DNA from: Spirochaetaceae bacterium
GTDB taxonomy: Bacteria > Spirochaetota > Spirochaetia > DSM-27196 > PWMO01
DNA length: 64,000 nt
Direction: 5' to 3'
Assembly: GCA_007693485.1 (NCBI GenBank)
Contig: REDM01000280.1
Location: 22,489 to 86,488 of the forward strand
Made by a program: the position numbers and the translations under genes. Within the stretch, counting starts at the first letter, position 1, and every line of letters begins with the position of its first letter. Under the pieces are notes generated by a model, which worked only from the letters and a program-made list of their open reading frames with translations, was not told where the DNA came from and made no database searches. Shown in pieces: positions 50,807-59,325 of this stretch.

Positions 50807-52003
50807 GTGCAAAGGCAGTCAACAAAGTTCCAATGCTGTGATACGATGCGAGTCATGATCGTTCCGACAATCGGTCGCCGTGTTTCCGGGTTCTTTCGCC
50901 CCGAAGCGGCTCTGATGAGTACCGATCGCGAGAACTATCGGTTTTTCGTGGTCACCCACTACATCTACGTGTTTTCGCTTGTCGGGCACAGCGCCTTCAT
51001 CGCGCTGTTTGCCACCTTGGGGATTCGCATACTTGCCCTGTACAACGTTGCCAGCGTAGTACTGTTTATTGTTTGCATCGCCGTGAACAGATCAGGCCGG
51101 CACCGCGCCGCGTTTCTTGTTGGCGCCCTGGAGGTGGTAGTGCACTCGGCACTGTGCGCCATGGTGATCGGCTGGGACACCGGCTTTCACTACTTCATCG
51201 TCGGAGTGGTTCCCTTTACGATGATGATGCCCAACCTTCGATCAGCAGGAAAGATAGTGCTGGCCTTTGTCGTTCTTTGTCTGTATGGCGTGGTCTACTT
51301 TGCCTCTGAATTGGTTCCACCGTCGTATTTCTTGAGCCATCGAACTGCGATTATCCTGAATTACGCCAACCTGATGATCACCTTCGGTGCGTTCTCGTTT
51401 CTGGTGCACTATCTGGCACAGGCGTCGATCCGTGCGGAAGAGGCGGTGGGCGAGCTGTCTCGAACCGATTTTCTCACCGGGGTGCTGAATCGACGTGGTA
51501 TGCTGACCCAGCTCGAAACCGAGTACGCGACCTTCCGCCGAACGGGTCGGCCATTTTCGGTCCTGATCATCGATCTTGACCGCTTCAAGCGGGTGAATGA
51601 CCGCTACGGCCATGCTGCAGGAGATGCCGTGCTGGTCGCAACCGCCCGGCTCTTTGAAGAAACCCTCCGTGCGCGGGACCAGCTCTGTCGATGGGGAGGC
51701 GAGGAGTTTCTCGTACTCCTTCCCGAGACCGATCTCGCCGGCACCAGAACCGTGGCTGGGAAACTCCTCGAAGGGATGAGGGGGTTACGCGTACCGTTTG
51801 GGTCGATGAACCTCTCGATTACCGTAACCATCGGGGGTGCCTGCTGCGATCGGAGAGCTACGGTCGACCAGATCATTGTCTGCGCCGACCGCGCCCTGTA
51901 CGCCGGGAAAGACTGCGGGCGCGATCGCGTGGTGTTGTGTCAAGACATCAACCGATGTGACGCGACCTGCGGCTGCTCTGAAACCGATCAAACCCCGAAG
52001 TAG
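50807..52003 (+). CDS. Membrane-bound diguanylate cyclase (GGDEF domain)
   Basis: N-terminal polytopic membrane region, then RTDFLTGVLNRRG, DLDRFKRVNDRYGHAAGD and RWGGEEFLVLLP (GGEEF active site). Alternative starts at ATG 50846 or 50915. Confidence 0.88.
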   Translation: MQRQSTKFQCCDTMRVMIVPTIGRRVSGFFRPEAALMSTDRENYRFFVVTHYIYVFSLVGHSAFIALFATLGIRILALYNVASVVLFIVCIAVNRSGRHRAAFLVGALEVVVHSALCAMVIGWDTGFHYFIVGVVPFTMMMPNLRSAGKIVLAFVVLCLYGVVYFASELVPPSYFLSHRTAIILNYANLMITFGAFSFLVHYLAQASIRAEEAVGELSRTDFLTGVLNRRGMLTQLETEYATFRRTGRPFSVLIIDLDRFKRVNDRYGHAAGDAVLVATARLFEETLRARDQLCRWGGEEFLVLLPETDLAGTRTVAGKLLEGMRGLRVPFGSMNLSITVTIGGACCDRRATVDQIIVCADRALYAGKDCGRDRVVLCQDINRCDATCGCSETDQTPK

Positions 52004-52569
52004 GTTGGAGCGTTCCCCGATCGCCACTTGATGTTGCAGCCCATGCTCGGTTTCTGTTGCGCGGGGGGCGGTGAACCTGCTATCAGCGAATCCATGGCGA
52101 CACGCAGATCCGAGCCGGTAACCGGTTTGTCGTTGCCGGGTCGCGAGTCATCCATCTGCCCACGGTAGTAGAGAGCCCCTTCGCCGTCAAACAGAAAGAA
52201 ATCCGGCGTACACGCGGCGCGAAACGCCTTCGCAACCTCCTGAGTCTCGTCGTACAGGTAGGGAAAAGTGAATCCGTTGTCGCGTGCAATTGCCGCCATC
52301 TTTTCCGGCCCGTCATCCGGATGAGTTGCCACATCGTTCGCACTGACGGCTACCGCTTTGATACCTTTTGCCTGGTATTCGGTCACCATTCGCACCAGTT
52401 CTTCGCGAACGTGTATCACGAAGGGGCAGTGGTTGCATATGAACATCACCAGCGTTCCCGGCGCTCCCGTGATGGCGTTGCTCGAGACCGTCTTCCCGGT
52501 TGTATCGGGCAGGGTGAAGTCCGGCATCCTGGTGCCGAGGCCTAACATTGTCGAAGGGGTTGCAGCCAT
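51988..52569 (-). CDS. Thioredoxin-fold thiol-disulfide oxidoreductase (AhpC/TSA-like)
   Basis: ATG 52569 (AAGGAGAA upstream). MPDFTLPDTTGKTV and the CxxC motif FICNHCPFV. Confidence 0.8.
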   Translation of the reverse strand: MAATPSTMLGLGTRMPDFTLPDTTGKTVSSNAITGAPGTLVMFICNHCPFVIHVREELVRMVTEYQAKGIKAVAVSANDVATHPDDGPEKMAAIARDNGFTFPYLYDETQEVAKAFRAACTPDFFLFDGEGALYYRGQMDDSRPGNDKPVTGSDLRVAMDSLIAGSPPPAQQKPSMGCNIKWRSGNAPTYFGV

Positions 52570-52641
52570 GTTCGTTCTCCTTTGGTTTTGCGTGGGGTGT
52601 AATCCGCGTTCCTGTACCAAACATACCTCATGAAACCGCTA

Positions 52642-52667
52642 CCGAAAAGCACAGCCTTCGGAACAGT
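52642..52667 (-). terminator. Terminator-like motif ACTGTTCCGAAGGCTGTGCTTTTCGG (copy 3), 27 nt after the pcrA stop
   Basis: The - strand sequence matches the 4193-4218 motif (GTTCC-NAAGGCTGTGC-T run). It can fold as CCGAA-(10 nt)-TTCGG. Confidence 0.4.
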
Positions 52668-52694
52668 GAGAAAAACCGTCGGAAAACGGCTTGG

Positions 52695-54713
52695 TTACGA
52701 GGATTTTGCGAATCGGGCCCGCATCATCGCGAAATAATCCGCGGCTTCGCTCTGGTCAACCGTGGTGTCCGCTTCGGACACGGTGATCAGTTCGGCAGGT
52801 ATTTCCTCCAGAAAGGGTGAGGGGCTGCAGTCGATGACCTCTCGCATCACCTTACGCCGACGACACGAGGTAAGAAACAGCTTTCGCTTCGCCCGGGTAA
52901 TCGCTACGTAAAAGAGCCGGCGCTCCTCTTCGATATTGGCTTCGTCTTCCTCAATCGCGCGGGCGTGGGGGATCACCCCGTCCTCCACGCCGGCCACAAA
53001 GACCACCTCGTGCTCGAGTCCTTTGGCGGCGTGAATGGTCATCAGATTGATCTTGCCGCGATCGTCATCGTCTTCGATGTCGTCGCGCAACTGCAGCGTA
53101 ATCCGATTCAGGAACGCGAAGAGACCCGGGTCGAGGTTGTCCGGATCGCTTTCGTACGCGCGCATGATGTCGATGAAGAGCTCGATGTTGCGAAATTTCC
53201 ACTTGGCCACCTTGTCGTTTTTCTGGTGCTCAGAGACCAGATGAGACCAGTAGTCGATCTCGGCTACCAGGGCGGTCACCGTTTCTGCCATTCGCTTGCC
53301 GGAGAGCAGTTTGGGGCGATAGGTGTCGATCAAAGCGGTGAACTCGGCGAGATCAGCCTGTGCGCGGGCAGCGAGTGGCGAATCGGATGCGGCGCTCAAT
53401 GCGTGCATCGCGCTGAACAGTGACACACCGGCGGATCGAGCGTACTCCTGGAGCTGCTCGAGCGTCTTGCGGCCGATGCCGCGTCGAGGGGTATTCATGA
53501 TCCGAAGCAGGCTCACATCGTCGTCCGGGTTTGCACAGAGTCTCAGGTAGCAGATCATGTCCTTGATCTCTTTGCGCTGGAAAAAACTCTCTCCGCCCGA
53601 CATCCGGTACGGTATGTTCTCGGCAAGAAAGCCTTCTTCCAACGTGCGCGCAAGGTTGTTGGTGCGGATGAGTACACCCACGTCGTGGTACTTCAACTGT
53701 TCGCGCATCGCGAGGGTTTTGATCTTCTCGGCGATGAAGGCGGCCTCGGCGCGCTCGTCCTCTGGGTAAGCGAGCTCGATGGGGGAGCCGCCTTGCGTTC
53801 CGGTCCAGAGGTTCTTGGACTTGCGATTGGTGTTGTGGGCGATTACCCCGTTTGCGGCGGCGAGAATGGTGTCGCTGGAGCGGTAGTTACGCTCGAGTTT
53901 GATCTCGCAGAGTCCAGGAAAGTCGTTTTCAAACTGAACGAGGTTTTTGTAGTCGGCGCCACGCCAGGAGTAGATCGACTGATCGTCGTCGCCCACCACG
54001 CAGACGTTCTGGTGCTCGACACCCAGGAGGTGCATGAAATCGTACTGCTGTCGGGAGGTATCCTGGAACTCATCCACCAGCATGTACTGGAAACGGCGCC
54101 GGTACTCGTCGAGCACATCGGGGTGTTCGCGAAGGATTCTGATAGGGATCTGAATGAGATCGTCAAAGTCAACCGCGTTGTACAGCTTCATGTGCGACTG
54201 ATAGTCGTCGTAGAGCGGACGTAATTGCGCGGTGTCTTCGTTCCATTCCGCTGAGCCGCTCTTGATGCGCGAGAACGCGGTGAGGGTTCCGTAGAGATCG
54301 AGATTCTCCAGAGGCATCTTCATCTCGCGCGCGGTTTCCTTCAAGAGCGACAGCTGATCGCTGGTGTCGTAAATGCTGAAGTTCTCCCGGTAGCCGAGCC
54401 GATGAATATGGCTCCGCAGCACTCGAACTCCAAATGCGTGAAACGTCGAGACGATGAGGTTGGGCAACTTCTTTCCAAGCAGCGCTCGAATCCGCTCGGC
54501 CATTTCGCGTGCGGCCTTATTGGTAAAGGTGAGGGCGAGAATCGCGCTCTGGGGGACCCCCGCCCCAAGCATGTGTGCGATGCGGTACGTAATCACGCGG
54601 GTCTTGCCCGAGCCCGCCCCGGCGATGATGAGAACCGGACCGTTTATGGCCTCCACCGCCCGAATCTGTTGCGGGTTGAGTTCCTTCTGGTAATGTTGCT
54701 TCACGGCAGTCAC
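52695..54713 (-). CDS. pcrA: ATP-dependent DNA helicase PcrA/UvrD family
   Basis: LNPQQIRAVEAINGPVLIIAGAGSGKTRV, TFTNKAAREM, VDEFQDTS and MTIHAAKGLEHEVVF (SF1 helicase motifs). Confidence 0.93.
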   Translation of the reverse strand: MTAVKQHYQKELNPQQIRAVEAINGPVLIIAGAGSGKTRVITYRIAHMLGAGVPQSAILALTFTNKAAREMAERIRALLGKKLPNLIVSTFHAFGVRVLRSHIHRLGYRENFSIYDTSDQLSLLKETAREMKMPLENLDLYGTLTAFSRIKSGSAEWNEDTAQLRPLYDDYQSHMKLYNAVDFDDLIQIPIRILREHPDVLDEYRRRFQYMLVDEFQDTSRQQYDFMHLLGVEHQNVCVVGDDDQSIYSWRGADYKNLVQFENDFPGLCEIKLERNYRSSDTILAAANGVIAHNTNRKSKNLWTGTQGGSPIELAYPEDERAEAAFIAEKIKTLAMREQLKYHDVGVLIRTNNLARTLEEGFLAENIPYRMSGGESFFQRKEIKDMICYLRLCANPDDDVSLLRIMNTPRRGIGRKTLEQLQEYARSAGVSLFSAMHALSAASDSPLAARAQADLAEFTALIDTYRPKLLSGKRMAETVTALVAEIDYWSHLVSEHQKNDKVAKWKFRNIELFIDIMRAYESDPDNLDPGLFAFLNRITLQLRDDIEDDDDRGKINLMTIHAAKGLEHEVVFVAGVEDGVIPHARAIEEDEANIEEERRLFYVAITRAKRKLFLTSCRRRKVMREVIDCSPSPFLEEIPAELITVSEADTTVDQSEAADYFAMMRARFAKSS

Positions 54714-54774
54714 AACAGCACGCGGGGCAGCCGACTGTCAAGCTTGAGGGGCCGGTATTGAGTGTGCCATGGGG

Positions 54775-55587
54775 TTATCGAGAGGCAACCTTTTCCAGGA
54801 GAGCGACGTAGAGCGGGCCTCGGCCATTGGCGCGGTCCGGAAGGACGTGGATACCGTGGCGGGTCTCCTCGCCCCACGGGAGATCGAGGCGTCGCTGTTC
54901 AACCAGACCGGCCCGTCGCGAGAATGCGCGGGCAACGACGTCGTCGTTTTCTCTCGGGGAGAGGGCACAGGTGATGTAGAGCACCGTCCCGCCTTCAACC
55001 AGGGTGTCGATGGCCGCAGCCAGCAGGGCAAAGGCTTGAATGCTGAGGCTGCGCGTTCTCGCCGCCGACCATCGCGCAAGATGGGTGCTGTCGGTGATGA
55101 CGTGGCGTTCACTCGAACACGGGACGTCCAGCAGAATCCGCTGTGCCGATGCCGGGTGTACCACGCCCCACCGGGTTGCGTCGTGACCGGTGACGGTCAC
55201 TCTGGCTCGCAGCGTTTCGGGCAGGTGGTCATCGAGCACCCGATGCAGCCGTGCGCGTCGGGTTGCAGACCGCTCGTTGCTGATCAGCGTGGCGTCTTCG
55301 GGTAGTCGCACCGCGAGTGCCAGGGATTTTCCGCCCGGCGCGGCGCAGAAGTCGATCACACGGTCTCCAGGCGACAGCGGTAGCGCGTCGGCGGCCGCGC
55401 GGGATGCGTCGTCGAGGTAGTAGGGCGTCTTCAGCGGATACGGGAGCGCAACCTGATGCGGCGGTGCGATCAAGGCGGTGCGCAAGACCGGCCATCGATC
55501 GCCGTACACCTGCTCATAGTGGCGGTCAAACGCATGAGGACCGTGGGTGTCGGATGCGCCGTTTTTTCGGCGCGAGGATCGGGACAT
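54775..55587 (-). CDS. NOL1/NOP2/Sun-family RNA cytosine-C5 methyltransferase (RsmB/F-like)
   Basis: ATG 55587 was chosen. SAM site DFCAAPGGKS and catalytic Cys motifs DVPCSSERH and YITCALSPRENDDVV. The 165-aa N-terminal extension of the longest ORF is Arg/Pro-rich and looks non-coding. Confidence 0.8.
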   Translation of the reverse strand: MSRSSRRKNGASDTHGPHAFDRHYEQVYGDRWPVLRTALIAPPHQVALPYPLKTPYYLDDASRAAADALPLSPGDRVIDFCAAPGGKSLALAVRLPEDATLISNERSATRRARLHRVLDDHLPETLRARVTVTGHDATRWGVVHPASAQRILLDVPCSSERHVITDSTHLARWSAARTRSLSIQAFALLAAAIDTLVEGGTVLYITCALSPRENDDVVARAFSRRAGLVEQRRLDLPWGEETRHGIHVLPDRANGRGPLYVALLEKVASR

Positions 55588-55596
55588 GTGCTTGCC

Positions 55597-55625
55597 TTGA
55601 CGCAGAGGGGAGGCCCGAGTATCGT
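55597..55625 (+). promoter_or_regulatory. Sigma70-like promoter TTGACG-17-TATCGT, 6 nt from the HAD phosphatase ATG (leaderless geometry)
   Basis: -35 at 55597-55602 and -10 at 55620-55625, then AGCCGC, then ATG 55632. No SD. Confidence 0.45.
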
Positions 55626-55631
55626 AGCCGC

Positions 55632-56303
55632 ATGGCATTTCATGCGGTGCTTTTCGATCTCGACGGCACCCTGCTCGACACCTTAGCAGATATTGCGGTC
55701 TCGATGAACCACGCACTGCAGTCGTTGGGATTTCCCGCCCACGAGGTCGACTCCTACCGGCGCCGCGTCGGTTGGGGGGCGCGGGTACTCGCCGAGAAGA
55801 GTCTCCCCGAGGACCACCATGATCCGGATACGGTGGCACGCTGTGTACAGCTGTTCGCCGAGTACTATTCGCTCCATCCCAACGACCACACCAGGCCCTT
55901 CGAGGGAATCGTGCAGATGCTCGCCGCTTTGCGGACAGCCTCGGTACCTTGCGCGGTGCTCTCCAATAAACCGCACGATCTGACGGTTTCGGTGGTTGCG
56001 CAGTCGCTGGAAGGCCATCCATTCGTAGCGGTCTACGGTGACCGGTCCGGCGTTCCACCCAAGCCGCACCCTGGCACCGCACGGGATGCGGCCCGGCAGC
56101 TTGGGCACGCCGAAGATGAGGTGCTGTTTGTGGGCGATTCCGATATCGATATGCAGACCGCGGTTGCCGCGGGAATGGAACCGGTTGGGGTCACCTGGGG
56201 CTTTCGCACGCGTGAGGTACTTCACGATGCCGGCGCGCGGGTGATCATCGACCAACCGGCACAACTCTTGAACCTACTGGAGAAGACCAATGGACATCAA
56301 TGA
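55632..56303 (+). CDS. HAD-superfamily phosphatase (phosphoglycolate phosphatase-like)
   Basis: VLFDLDGTLLDT (motif I), VLSNKP (II), and KPHP...FVGDSDIDMQTAVAAGM (III/IV). Confidence 0.85.
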   Translation: MAFHAVLFDLDGTLLDTLADIAVSMNHALQSLGFPAHEVDSYRRRVGWGARVLAEKSLPEDHHDPDTVARCVQLFAEYYSLHPNDHTRPFEGIVQMLAALRTASVPCAVLSNKPHDLTVSVVAQSLEGHPFVAVYGDRSGVPPKPHPGTARDAARQLGHAEDEVLFVGDSDIDMQTAVAAGMEPVGVTWGFRTREVLHDAGARVIIDQPAQLLNLLEKTNGHQ

Positions 56304-58062
56304 GATTCTGGATCGCGCGAAGAAATACGTTTCTCTGGAGCAGGACGCCGACTTTCGTGGACAGGTCGAGAAGCTGCTGCAAGAGAACAATTCCGAGGAG
56401 CTCTCAGACCGCTTCTACACCGACCTCGAGTTTGGGACCGGCGGACTGCGCGGTGTGATCGGGGGCGGATTCAATCGCATGAACCGATTTGTGGTGCAGA
56501 GGGCGACGCAGGGGCTGGCAAACTACGCCAATGCGCACGGCGCGCGGAGTCCGGAAGGAAAACTCCGTGCGGTAATCGCGCACGACTCTCGGCGCTACTC
56601 GGCGGAGTTCTCGCTGCATGCGGCCCTCGTACTCGCTGCAAACGGGATCGAAACCTGGCTCTTTCCTTCGCTGCGACCTACGCCTCAGCTCTCATTTGCC
56701 GTGCGGGAGAAGAACGCGACGATTGGCATTGTGGTGACCGCGAGCCACAATCCGCCGGAGTACAACGGCTACAAAGTCTACTGGGCCGGCGGAGCGCAGG
56801 TCATTCCCCCGCACGATACGGGTATCATCGATGAGGTTGGGCGCGTTGGAGACGGTGTCAAACGCATGACGCGGGAGGACGCCGAAGCGCAGGGTCTACT
56901 TCATATCTTTGGTCCCGAGATCGACGATCGGTTTGTTGAGGTGGCGAAGAGTGTGATGGTACGCCCGGAGCTTCTCGAAGAGCATGGGGGCGACGTCAAG
57001 GTAGTGTATACGCCGCTGCATGGAACCGGCGCACAGTTTGTGGAGCGGGTGCTCGGTGAAGTGGGCGTGACCGTGGTGACCGTACCCGAACAGCGCGAGC
57101 CCGACGGTGAGTTCCCCACAGTGAAGTTCCCCAACCCGGAAGAGGCCCCCGCCCTGAAACTGGCGCTTGAGTTGGGGAAACGCGAAGGCGCCAACCTGGT
57201 GATGGCCACCGATCCGGACGCGGATCGCATCGGCATAGCGGTTCCCGATGGCGACGGATTCCGGCTCATCACGGGAAACCAGCTCGGAGTGCTGCTGGTT
57301 GATTATCTCTTCTCGGCGCTCAAAGAGAAGGGGCGCCTGCCGGTGAGGCCCGCATTTGTCAAAACCATCGTAACAACCGAGCTGCAGCGCGTTGTCGCTG
57401 AGCACTACGGCGCGCAGGTTTTTGACACGCTCACTGGATTCAAACACATCGCCGAACTGATCCGCCGGTTTGAGGAGGATCCCGACGGTCCCACCTACGT
57501 GATGGGCGACGAAGAGAGCTACGGCTACCTGATCGGGACCCAGGTCCGCGACAAAGACGCGATTTCGGCAGCGCTTCTTACCACGGAAATGACGCTGTAC
57601 CACGTACGTCAGGGCAAGTCGGTCATCCAGCGTCTGGAAGAGATCTACCGCCAGTTTGGCTATTACGAAGAGGTGACCATCTCCCGGAGTTTTCCGGGGC
57701 AGGCGGGTGTGTCGGTCATGAAGGGGCTGATGGAGCGACTGAGAAACGATCCGCCGTTGGAGGTCGGGGGCTTACGCGTCATGCGCGTTCGTGATGTGCA
57801 GCGGAGTATCATGATCGACCGCGAGCACGGCACCGAGACGACCGAGGATCTGCCGAAGTCTAACGTGTTGCAGTTTTTTCTCGCCGACAGCACGGTAGTG
57901 AGCGTTCGGCCCTCGGGGACGGAACCAAAGATCAAATTCTACGCGTCAACCCCGGTTCCGGTGACCTCTACCCTCGACGCTGCGAGAGTCGCCGCCGCAG
58001 AAACCCTTGGTCGCATTGAACGCTTTATCAACGAAATGATCGAGTCCGCGACACAGGGCTGA
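56290..58062 (+). CDS. Phosphoglucomutase/phosphomannomutase family protein
   Basis: Active-site loop VVTASHNPPEYNGYKVY, metal loop ATDPDADR, sugar loop GDEESYGY. Confidence 0.9.
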   Translation: MDINEILDRAKKYVSLEQDADFRGQVEKLLQENNSEELSDRFYTDLEFGTGGLRGVIGGGFNRMNRFVVQRATQGLANYANAHGARSPEGKLRAVIAHDSRRYSAEFSLHAALVLAANGIETWLFPSLRPTPQLSFAVREKNATIGIVVTASHNPPEYNGYKVYWAGGAQVIPPHDTGIIDEVGRVGDGVKRMTREDAEAQGLLHIFGPEIDDRFVEVAKSVMVRPELLEEHGGDVKVVYTPLHGTGAQFVERVLGEVGVTVVTVPEQREPDGEFPTVKFPNPEEAPALKLALELGKREGANLVMATDPDADRIGIAVPDGDGFRLITGNQLGVLLVDYLFSALKEKGRLPVRPAFVKTIVTTELQRVVAEHYGAQVFDTLTGFKHIAELIRRFEEDPDGPTYVMGDEESYGYLIGTQVRDKDAISAALLTTEMTLYHVRQGKSVIQRLEEIYRQFGYYEEVTISRSFPGQAGVSVMKGLMERLRNDPPLEVGGLRVMRVRDVQRSIMIDREHGTETTEDLPKSNVLQFFLADSTVVSVRPSGTEPKIKFYASTPVPVTSTLDAARVAAAETLGRIERFINEMIESATQG

Positions 58063-58078
58063 GGAGCGAACACCAATC

Positions 58079-58645
58079 ATGGATTTCTCACGTTCGGTCC
58101 ACGAGGTAACATTCACCGCGTTTGACTTCGAAACCACCGGACTCTACCCGGCAACCGACCGGATCGTGGAGTTTGGCGCCGTACAGTTTCAGGACGGTAA
58201 ACAGACCGACGTCTTTGAAGCCCTTGTCGATCCGGGAATACCCATACCCGATGGTGCTGCGGCTGTCAGTGGGATTACCAACGATATGGTCCGGGGGAAA
58301 CCTCCGGTACACTCGGTACTGCCACAGTTCATGCAGTTTGTCGGAGACAGTGTACTCGTCGCACACAACGCGCAGTTTGACGTCGGGTTTCTACGGGCAG
58401 CCCTCGATGCCACCGGCAGCGGTGCCCTGACCAACCTCATCATTGATACGCAGGTGCTCGCGCAGCGCGCATTCCCCCGCCGCAAGAGCTACGGGCTGCA
58501 GGCGCTCGTCGTGGAGCTGTCGCTCCCACAGGGAACCGCACACCGTGGGCTCGACGATGCGGTGATGTGCATGCGGCTTTTTCAGGCGTGCGTCGATGCG
58601 TTGAGTTTTATGGGGGAGATGACGCTCCAGCAGTTGCTGGGTTGA
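58079..58645 (+). CDS. DnaQ-like 3'-5' exonuclease (DEDDh)
   Basis: ExoI FTAFDFETTGL, ExoII LVAHNAQFDVGFL, ExoIII AHRGLDDAVM. Confidence 0.85.
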   Translation: MDFSRSVHEVTFTAFDFETTGLYPATDRIVEFGAVQFQDGKQTDVFEALVDPGIPIPDGAAAVSGITNDMVRGKPPVHSVLPQFMQFVGDSVLVAHNAQFDVGFLRAALDATGSGALTNLIIDTQVLAQRAFPRRKSYGLQALVVELSLPQGTAHRGLDDAVMCMRLFQACVDALSFMGEMTLQQLLG

Positions 58646-58664
58646 GTCGCAGTGGTACGTCGTT

Positions 58665-59255
58665 TCAGTCTGAGCTGACGCCAAGCGATCGTGCGATGTG
58701 CGATCGGGTCTCGGGTGTGACCTCGATGGTCTGTACCAAAGGCCGATCGGCACAACCGTTGAAGAAATGCTTCATGTCGTCCAGAAGAGTAGGCCGGACA
58801 ACGAGGAAGGTCTGGAGGGGCAGGCGGGCGCACTCCAGGTGGCGCAGGATAGGAAGAAACCCTTTCTGCGCCGACAACTCCAACGGACCGATCTCATCAA
58901 GAATCAGCAGGTCTGCTCCACTGTCGAGCGACTCGACGGTGGTCGATACGCAGTGGGTAAACGCGTCGTCGCTGAACGAGTAACATGACCAGGTGGATCC
59001 CACCAGAGTTCCGTCGCGTCGGGCCAGCGGGAAGCGATGCCGTGAGGTAAGCTCAATGGCGTCAATACCCACCTTGTGTGCGCGGTCGTCGTAGACTGCA
59101 ATACTGATCACACCACATGGCGTTCTCTGGTCGACCCGCGCTCGCACCGAGATCGCGTTGCAGAGGGTGGATTTCCCTGCTCCTCGCTCGCCGGTCACGA
59201 GGGTCACGCGCGGGCGGTGGGCCGGCACAGCGTGACCGGCGTTGTAATCAACCAT
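58665..59255 (-). CDS. P-loop NTPase (THEP1/DUF2478-like)
   Basis: ATG 59255 was chosen. Walker A VTGERGAGKST and Walker B-like LLILDEIGPLE. Confidence 0.6.
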   Translation of the reverse strand: MVDYNAGHAVPAHRPRVTLVTGERGAGKSTLCNAISVRARVDQRTPCGVISIAVYDDRAHKVGIDAIELTSRHRFPLARRDGTLVGSTWSCYSFSDDAFTHCVSTTVESLDSGADLLILDEIGPLELSAQKGFLPILRHLECARLPLQTFLVVRPTLLDDMKHFFNGCADRPLVQTIEVTPETRSHIARSLGVSSD

Positions 59256-59325
59256 TAGTGAAACGGTACGAAAACCATCTCGAAAGGTAAAGACTTTTCG
59301 TGTCCGAAGCGCAGCGAGGATCGAC

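Noticed and set aside
55588-56082. 165-aa N-terminal extension of the methyltransferase ORF (ORF track 54775-56082)
   Set aside because: The extension is Arg/Pro-rich and overlaps the divergent HAD phosphatase gene and its promoter. The methyltransferase fold begins after ATG 55587.
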